64,000 nucleotides of DNA from Myxococcales bacterium (GTDB lineage Bacteria; Myxococcota_A; UBA9042; UBA3505). Under the pieces are notes generated by a model. It made no database searches. It had not been told where the DNA came from and was given only the letters and a program-made list of their open reading frames with translations. A program made the position numbers and the translations under genes. The stretch spans positions 10,057-74,056 of the forward strand of contig CAUZEG010000003.1 in assembly GCA_963578775.1 (NCBI GenBank), in the 5' to 3' direction. Shown piece by piece: positions 58,072-64,000 of the stretch. Each line of letters begins with the position of its first letter. Position 1 is the stretch's first letter.

Positions 58072-59451
58072 ATGACACGCGTCGACATCATCCAGATAGC
58101 GTACCTGGTCGCATCCATCCTCTTCATCATGGGATTGAAGGGGCTTACGCGCCCGAAGACTGCGGTACGTGGGAATCAACTCGGGGCTTTGGGAATGCTC
58201 GTAGCCATCGCGGCTACTCTCGCCTACCAGGAAGTTCTCGATTACAAAGTTATTGCAGGGGGCATCGCCATCGGCACCGTCATCGGTGTGCTTCTGGCCA
58301 CTCGCGTACAGATGACCAAAATGCCGGAGCTCGTGGCGATGTTCAACGGTCTCGGCGGCGGCGCGTCGGCCCTGGTCGCGGCGGCTGAATTCTATAAGCA
58401 TTCCGGCAATCCAGATCTCGTGATTGAATTCACGACGGCCACCGTGGCGTCGGTGCTTATTGGTGGAGTGACCTTCACGGGTAGTCTCGTGGCGTTCGGA
58501 AAACTCAACGGTTCCCTACGTGACCTCCGCCTGCCCAAGCACCATATCTACAATATGGTGGTGGGCCTGGCAGTCTTGGGACTGGGAGCCTGGTTCTGTG
58601 CGGTACCGGAGACCTCCGGGGCCTTCTGGGCCGTTGCAGGTATTTCTTTATTCTTCGGTATTATGCTCACGGTTCCCATCGGGGGAGGCGATATGCCCGT
58701 GGTCATCGCGCTGTTGAACTCCATGTCCGGTCTGGCGGCCACAGCGACCGGTTTCGTGGTGGGAAATACTGTGTTGATCATTGCCGGTTCGTTGGTCGGA
58801 GCGTCCGGTCTGATCCTTACAGCCATCATGTGTAAGGCGATGGACCGCAAGATCTTCGATGTGCTCTTCGGCGAGTTTGCGCCCACGGGAGGCGGGCCGG
58901 ATGCAGACGAAATCTACGCGGGGAAGATCAAAGCCACGTCTGGGGACGAGCTTGCCATGGTGATGGAGTCCTGCCGTAGCGTCATGATCGTACCTGGTTA
59001 CGGCATGGCCGTGGCCCAGGCCCAGCACGCCGTACGCGATCTGAGCAATCTTCTGGAGTCTCGTGGGGTGGATGTGAGCTTCGGGATTCATCCGGTGGCA
59101 GGACGCATGCCCGGTCATATGAACGTACTTCTTGCCGAAGCCGATATCGACTACGACAAACTCCTGGATCTGGACCAGTCGAATTCGGCCATTCAGCAGA
59201 CGGATGTGGCCATCGTGATTGGTGCCAATGATGTGGTGAACCCCATGGCGCGTGAGCCATCGGGCCCCATCTCCGGCATGCCCATTATCAATGTGGACCA
59301 GGCGACGACTGTGGTTGTGATCAAGCGAAGCCTTTCACCCGGCTATGCCAAGATCCCCAATCCGCTTTTCGCGGCCAACAACACCTTGATGTTCTTTGGC
59401 GATGCCAAGAAAGCCATGCAAGAGCTCACGGCTGCCATCAAGGATCTATAG
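58072..59451 (+). CDS. pntB: NAD(P) transhydrogenase subunit beta
   Basis: Polytopic N-terminus plus C-terminal NADP(H) domain 'VPGYGMAVAQAQH...IGANDVVNP'. Confidence 0.9.
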   Translation: MTRVDIIQIAYLVASILFIMGLKGLTRPKTAVRGNQLGALGMLVAIAATLAYQEVLDYKVIAGGIAIGTVIGVLLATRVQMTKMPELVAMFNGLGGGASALVAAAEFYKHSGNPDLVIEFTTATVASVLIGGVTFTGSLVAFGKLNGSLRDLRLPKHHIYNMVVGLAVLGLGAWFCAVPETSGAFWAVAGISLFFGIMLTVPIGGGDMPVVIALLNSMSGLAATATGFVVGNTVLIIAGSLVGASGLILTAIMCKAMDRKIFDVLFGEFAPTGGGPDADEIYAGKIKATSGDELAMVMESCRSVMIVPGYGMAVAQAQHAVRDLSNLLESRGVDVSFGIHPVAGRMPGHMNVLLAEADIDYDKLLDLDQSNSAIQQTDVAIVIGANDVVNPMAREPSGPISGMPIINVDQATTVVVIKRSLSPGYAKIPNPLFAANNTLMFFGDAKKAMQELTAAIKDL

Positions 59452-59488
59452 CGAAGCCGTTTCGCAGGGGCGATATATTGCTCCAGGT

Positions 59489-60703
59489 TCAGACTTGCTT
59501 GAGTAGATGACCGAGCTTGTCTTTCTTCGCTTTCAGATAGTTGCGGGTGCGATCATCTGGGGACGTCTCCAGACCGATTCGTTCGGTGATTTCGATCCCG
59601 GCTTGTTCCAGTTGTGCGATCTTGCGGGGGTTGTTCGTCATCAATCGGCAGGCATGTACCCCCAGATCTTCGAGAACATGGGCCGCGACGCTGAAGTCCC
59701 GCAGGTCGGCCTGAAATCCGAGGGATAGATTGGCCTCAACGGTATCCTGTCCGGTGTCCTGGAGTGCGTAGGCGCGCACTTTGTTGGTCAGGCCGATGCC
59801 GCGCCCCTCTTGCAGCAGATAGACGATAATACCCGCCCCGGCCTCAGAGATATTCTGCATGGCCATTTCCAACTGTGAACCACAGTCGCAACGAAGGGAA
59901 CCGAATACGTCACCAGTAAGGCATTGGGAGTGAACCCGGACGAGCGGGGGAGCCCCGCTAATGGACCCGTGCACCAGCGCCAGATGACGTACGTGGTCGA
60001 ACTCGCTGCGGTAGGTATGGACGGTGAATTGGCCAAAGCGGGTATCCTGCGTTCTGGTTTCCTCGCACTGCACGAGGACCTCCTGGCGGATCCGAACCCG
60101 GATGATGTCCTCTATGTTCACCACCGGAAGGCCGTATTCCTTTCCAAGCTTTCGTAAGCCCTCCGCCCCAAGGATTTCGCCGTCCTTTCCAAGTATCTTG
60201 CAATAGGTCCCCACCGGTGGAAAGCCGGCCAAACGTGCCAGGTCGGTCGCTCCCTCTGGGATCTTCTGTGCTCCGAAAACGCCGCGAGTTTCTACCGTGA
60301 CGGGAAAGACATGGCCGGGGCCGACCAGTGCATCGGGACCACTGCGTTCATCGGCCAGGACACGAACGGTTCGGGACCGATCGGCGGCGCTGATACCGGT
60401 GGTGACCCCGGTTCGGGCCTCGACCGAGGTCAACACATCTTCCGCACGCGGATGTCGTGAATTGGGCGATTGTGGCTGGAGTCCCAGGCGTTCGGCTCGT
60501 AATCGGGAGATAGCCACACAGATAAGACCGCGACCGTGCAAGCTCATGAAGTTGATGTGGTCCGGCGTCGTTCGTGATCCCAGGACGACAAGAGCCCCTT
60601 CTTCCACGTCCTGGCCCGCCTGCATGAGCAAGACCATCCGCCCTTTCCGCAGGGCGGTAATCGCGGCGTCGATTCGCGAGGCATATGGTGTAGGATCGGT
60701 CAT
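59489..60703 (-). CDS. ribBA: Bifunctional 3,4-dihydroxy-2-butanone-4-phosphate synthase / GTP cyclohydrolase II
   Basis: RibB N-terminal half. RibA 'RCDCGSQLE...EGRGIGL' zinc and GTP motifs. Confidence 0.9.
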   Translation of the reverse strand: MTDPTPYASRIDAAITALRKGRMVLLMQAGQDVEEGALVVLGSRTTPDHINFMSLHGRGLICVAISRLRAERLGLQPQSPNSRHPRAEDVLTSVEARTGVTTGISAADRSRTVRVLADERSGPDALVGPGHVFPVTVETRGVFGAQKIPEGATDLARLAGFPPVGTYCKILGKDGEILGAEGLRKLGKEYGLPVVNIEDIIRVRIRQEVLVQCEETRTQDTRFGQFTVHTYRSEFDHVRHLALVHGSISGAPPLVRVHSQCLTGDVFGSLRCDCGSQLEMAMQNISEAGAGIIVYLLQEGRGIGLTNKVRAYALQDTGQDTVEANLSLGFQADLRDFSVAAHVLEDLGVHACRLMTNNPRKIAQLEQAGIEITERIGLETSPDDRTRNYLKAKKDKLGHLLKQV

Positions 60704-60778
60704 GATTATCTCGAATTTCAGGTCTGCCCCGGCTTCGTCAAGTGAAACAACCTTCCGGCTGCAATCGTAGAACAGGGA

Positions 60779-61732
60779 TTATAGAACACCCATGAGCGCC
60801 AGCATTAGTGCTTTCTGGGCATGAAGTCGGTTTTCCGCTTCGTCCCATACCGCGGACCAGCGACCATCGATGACGTCGGCGGTGACCTCCTCGCCGCGAT
60901 GGGCAGGTAGACAATGGAGGAAAAGGGCATCCGGTTGGGCAAGGCCCATAAGAGCCTCGTTAACCTGATAGCCTTCAAATGCCGCCAGGCGTTTGGCCTG
61001 TTCATCTTCCTGTCCCATACTGGCAAAGACATCCGTGACAACAACGTCGCAGCCGTCGACAGCGCCCTGTGGGTCGGTCGTAAGTGTGAGGGTGGCGGCA
61101 GTGCTCTCCGCGATATTGTTCGCCGTCGCTACCACATTCGGATCACAGGAATAGCCATCCGGTGAAGCGGCTCGGAAGTGCATGCCACTCAACGCGCAGC
61201 CCAACATCAACGAGTGGGCCATATTGTTGCCATCTCCAATCCAGGTCAGTGTTTTACCGGCGAGAGCACCGCGGTGCTCGCGAATCGTCTGCAGGTCCGC
61301 CAGTACCTGGCAAGGATGGTATTGATCGGTCAACGCGTTGATGACCGGAATGGTTGCGGCCTGGGACATGGCATCGAATCGCTCTTGTCCCCAGGTACGA
61401 AGAATGATCCCCTGGACGTAGCGGGACAATACCTTGGCAGTATCTTCGATGGGTTCGCCTCGCCCCAATTGAATCTCGTTGCGGGATAGGAAGACAGGGC
61501 TTCCTCCCAGCTCTTGAACACCCACTTCAAAGGACACCCGTGTACGCGTACTATGCTTTTCAAATACCAGCGCAAAGCTCTTGTCTTTCAGGCAAGTACG
61601 ATAGGTGTCTGGGTTTGACTTGACCTCGGAAGCCAAGCCCAGAAGTGCGTCAAGCTGGTCGGGTGTGATTGTGCTCAGAGTTCCAAATGAGCAGCCCTTC
61701 AGAGGGGCGAGGGTGTCGTACAGAGGAGTCAT
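60779..61732 (-). CDS. argF: Ornithine carbamoyltransferase
   Basis: 'STRTR' carbamoyl-phosphate motif, 'HCLPAHRGEEV'. Confidence 0.8.
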   Translation of the reverse strand: MTPLYDTLAPLKGCSFGTLSTITPDQLDALLGLASEVKSNPDTYRTCLKDKSFALVFEKHSTRTRVSFEVGVQELGGSPVFLSRNEIQLGRGEPIEDTAKVLSRYVQGIILRTWGQERFDAMSQAATIPVINALTDQYHPCQVLADLQTIREHRGALAGKTLTWIGDGNNMAHSLMLGCALSGMHFRAASPDGYSCDPNVVATANNIAESTAATLTLTTDPQGAVDGCDVVVTDVFASMGQEDEQAKRLAAFEGYQVNEALMGLAQPDALFLHCLPAHRGEEVTADVIDGRWSAVWDEAENRLHAQKALMLALMGVL

Positions 61733-61760
61733 GGGGACGATTCCTTATGCCGGTGCCAGC

Positions 61761-62771
61761 CTACGGCTTGCCTCGTTGTTCTGGGGGAAGGGTTTCCATG
61801 AGGGCGTCGGCCTCTTTGATGAGGGTTTGCCCGATCATACGTCGGTGTTCCGCTAAGCGTGAGCCGAGATCTGTGTCGGTGATTGCCAGAACCTGCGCCG
61901 CCAGAAGAGCCGAGTTTTTGGCTCCCATCGGCCCGATAGCTACTGTAGCGACTGGGGTACCCGATGGCATCTGTACGGACGCCAGGAGAGAATCCAGGCC
62001 AGCCAGCTGCGTGGTGGGAAGTGGTACGGAGATCACCGGAAGGTGAACATAGGCCGCTAGCGCGCCACAGAGGTATCCGGATGCTCCGGCTCCGCCGATG
62101 ATAACCTCTACACCTCGCTCCACCAGCCCTCGAGCGTAATTGCGGGTCCCCTCCGGGTCACGTACTGGGCTTTTGATTGTGAACTCAAAGGAGATGTCGA
62201 GTTGCTCAAGTATCGCCGTGGTTCGTTCCATAAACGGTCTATCGGTCTCACTTGCGCAGACCACAGCGACCTTTGGTCCCTTCGACGACGCTGGGCCGGA
62301 TGAATCGACAGGTCGGTGTTCCTTGGCCTGCAGCTCCGATAGGGCCGATGCAATGGCGGGATGTTTTTTGGCCAGCATCTGCGCTGCCAGAATGGCAGCA
62401 TTTTTTGCTCCGGGCTGATCGATCGCGACAGTAGCCACGGGGACTCCCGACGGCATCTGAACCATCGCCAGCAGGGCATCGGCTCCATGTAATTCCGTGG
62501 CCGCGATCGGGACGGCGATGACCGGCCCTGGAAAGGAGGCCGCCACCACCCCCGCCAGATGTGCAGCGGCACCCGCTCCGCCGATGACAACCTCAACGCC
62601 CCGGTTGGCCAGCTCCACGATATAGCCATGGGTCCGATCGGGGGTTTTATGGGCGGATGACACAAAGACTTCAAATGGAACGCCCAGTCGTTCCAAAAGC
62701 TCGGTTCCAGCTTTCATGATTGGGAAATCCCGAGGGCTGCCCATCATAACGGTGACCAGTGGGGTGCTCAT
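61761..62771 (-). CDS. purE: Tandem-fused double PurE (N5-CAIR mutase-like) protein
   Basis: Two complete PurE-like modules. Each carries its own 'GGAGxAAHL/GYL...P(V/I)I(A/S)VP' core. Start set at the internal Met (62771). Confidence 0.7.
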   Translation of the reverse strand: MSTPLVTVMMGSPRDFPIMKAGTELLERLGVPFEVFVSSAHKTPDRTHGYIVELANRGVEVVIGGAGAAAHLAGVVAASFPGPVIAVPIAATELHGADALLAMVQMPSGVPVATVAIDQPGAKNAAILAAQMLAKKHPAIASALSELQAKEHRPVDSSGPASSKGPKVAVVCASETDRPFMERTTAILEQLDISFEFTIKSPVRDPEGTRNYARGLVERGVEVIIGGAGASGYLCGALAAYVHLPVISVPLPTTQLAGLDSLLASVQMPSGTPVATVAIGPMGAKNSALLAAQVLAITDTDLGSRLAEHRRMIGQTLIKEADALMETLPPEQRGKP

Positions 62772-62990
62772 ATTGTCCTCGTCTATGGCCTTGCCGTTGG
62801 GGACAGGCCGGTGAACGGGTCGTAGAGTCAGGTATGATTCGACGACCGGAATCGAAAAAGAGGTCCGGAATGTAACCGGATTTTTTTCGAAGTGAAAGCC
62901 AAAAAAACATACATGATTTCCCGGCCTTCCAAACGGGGCTTTCCAAGAGGTAAAAAAAGCGTGCAATAGCCCGAAAAAACGGGCGAATTC

Positions 62991-63020
62991 TGTTGACGCT
63001 CTACCCCCCCAATTATAAGT
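62991..63020 (+). promoter_or_regulatory. Possible gyrA promoter (TTGACG ... TATAAG)
   Basis: Hexamers read directly. Spacing is suboptimal at about 15 nt. Confidence 0.2.
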
Positions 63021-63135
63021 TTCCGAGTGTCGGTAGACCTCGGGAAAAACGGCAGAAAAAACGGTGCTGTCTGTTTTTGGTTCCGAGTGTGCCCCGATCG
63101 TTTTGTGAACACCGTTTCGACTCCGTTTTGAGGGT

Positions 63136-64000
63136 ATGATGAGCGACAACCCCGAGTCTCCAAATCTGGGTACTATCACTCCGGTAAATATCGAAGACGA
63201 AATGCGTACGTCCTATGTGGACTACGCAATGAGCGTTATTATCGGCCGTGCCATTCCTGACGTGCGTGATGGGCTCAAGCCCGTTCATCGCCGTGTTCTC
63301 TTCGCGATGCACGAACAGAAGAACAACTGGAATGGTCCCTACAAGAAGTCGGCGCGTATTGTCGGTGATGTCATCGGTAAATATCACCCGCACGGTGATC
63401 AAGCGGCCTACGACACTCTGGTACGCATGGCGCAGGACTTTGCCATGCGCTATCCGCTCGTCGATGGGCAGGGTAACTTTGGCTCCGTCGACGGAGATTC
63501 GGCAGCGGCCATGCGTTATACCGAAGTCCGTATGACGCGATTGGCCCATGAGTTGTTGGCTGATCTTGAGAAAAACACGGTGGACTTTGCTCCGAACTAT
63601 GACGGCTCGATGAAGGAGCCTACGGTTTTGCCGGCTCGCTTTCCCCAACTGCTGGTCAATGGATCGGCCGGGATTGCGGTCGGAATGGCCACAAATATTC
63701 CGCCCCATAATCTGACCGAAGTAATTGACGGAACCATCGCTTTGATCCGCGATTCGAATCTCGGGGTAGAGGGCTTGATGGAGCATATCAAGGGTCCCGA
63801 TTTCCCGACCAGCGGATTTCTATTTGGTAAGACGGGGCTTGTCGACGCCTATACCACGGGCAGGGGCTCGGTTCGGATGCGGGCCAAAATCGATGTGGAA
63901 GAGACCGATCAAGGTCGACATCTGCTGGTTGTTACGGAACTCCCGTATCAGACCAACAAGGCACGTTTGATTGAGCGGATTGCTGCGTTGGTGCAAGAAA
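63136..64000 (+). CDS. gyrA: DNA gyrase subunit A, 5' portion (runs off the window)
   Basis: '[29 protein letters not shown]', 'GKYHPHGD', active-site region 'AAMRYTE'. Confidence 0.95.
   Translation, partial: MMSDNPESPNLGTITPVNIEDEMRTSYVDYAMSVIIGRAIPDVRDGLKPVHRRVLFAMHEQKNNWNGPYKKSARIVGDVIGKYHPHGDQAAYDTLVRMAQDFAMRYPLVDGQGNFGSVDGDSAAAMRYTEVRMTRLAHELLADLEKNTVDFAPNYDGSMKEPTVLPARFPQLLVNGSAGIAVGMATNIPPHNLTEVIDGTIALIRDSNLGVEGLMEHIKGPDFPTSGFLFGKTGLVDAYTTGRGSVRMRAKIDVEETDQGRHLLVVTELPYQTNKARLIERIAALVQE

Noticed and set aside
60704-60778. FMN riboswitch upstream of ribBA
   Set aside because: Only about 75 bp of intergenic sequence is available and the conserved FMN-element segments are not recognisable.

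Overview
Bacterial chromosomal segment of roughly 57% GC with dense coding. High-GC shadow ORFs are common on the opposite strand of real genes. Most of the window is housekeeping: lon, pgi, a Trm112-like gene, hemL, a split F0 ATP-synthase operon (atpZ/I-like, atpB, atpE, without atpFHAGDC), and tRNA-Val/tRNA-Asp/tRNA-Gln. It also holds a fatty-acid beta-oxidation set (a TetR FadR-like regulator with etfB-etfA, and separately fadN-fadA), dtd, rlmL-like, holA-like, ddl, dNK, ppiase, pntAA-pntAB-pntB, ribBA, argF, a tandem-fused purE and the 5' end of gyrA. Secreted or lipoprotein genes sit between these. They include several HExxH metallopeptidases, one with a MYXO-CTERM-like tail, a protein with Myxococcus-type cysteine-rich repeats, an OmpA protein with thrombospondin-3 repeats, a VWA lipoprotein and an M28 peptidase. 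Together with the split atp operon these point to a Myxococcota or other deltaproteobacteria-like lineage; this is inference only. I found no integrase, transposase, CRISPR array or recognisable known defence operon. The items I would look at again are: (1) a translationally coupled J-domain/TPR, metallopeptidase lipoprotein and DUF192 operon; (2) a TetR regulator with a perfect 16-bp palindrome next to a CrtZ/fatty-acid-hydroxylase-like membrane hydroxylase; (3) a Lon-like AAA+ protease beside a 599-aa unknown protein and a KEPEAKA-repeat basic protein; (4) an apparent +1 frameshift in etfB; (5) a fused Gfo/Idh/MocA oxidoreductase and hexapeptide acetyltransferase with a C-terminal Cys ribbon; (6) a Cys-rich protein with periodic FxDF repeats coupled to an M28 peptidase; (7) 9-bp tandem repeats and nested hairpins upstream of an HTH/coiled-coil protein; (8) a fused PurE-PurE. 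All functional assignments come from motif recognition by eye, not from database searches.
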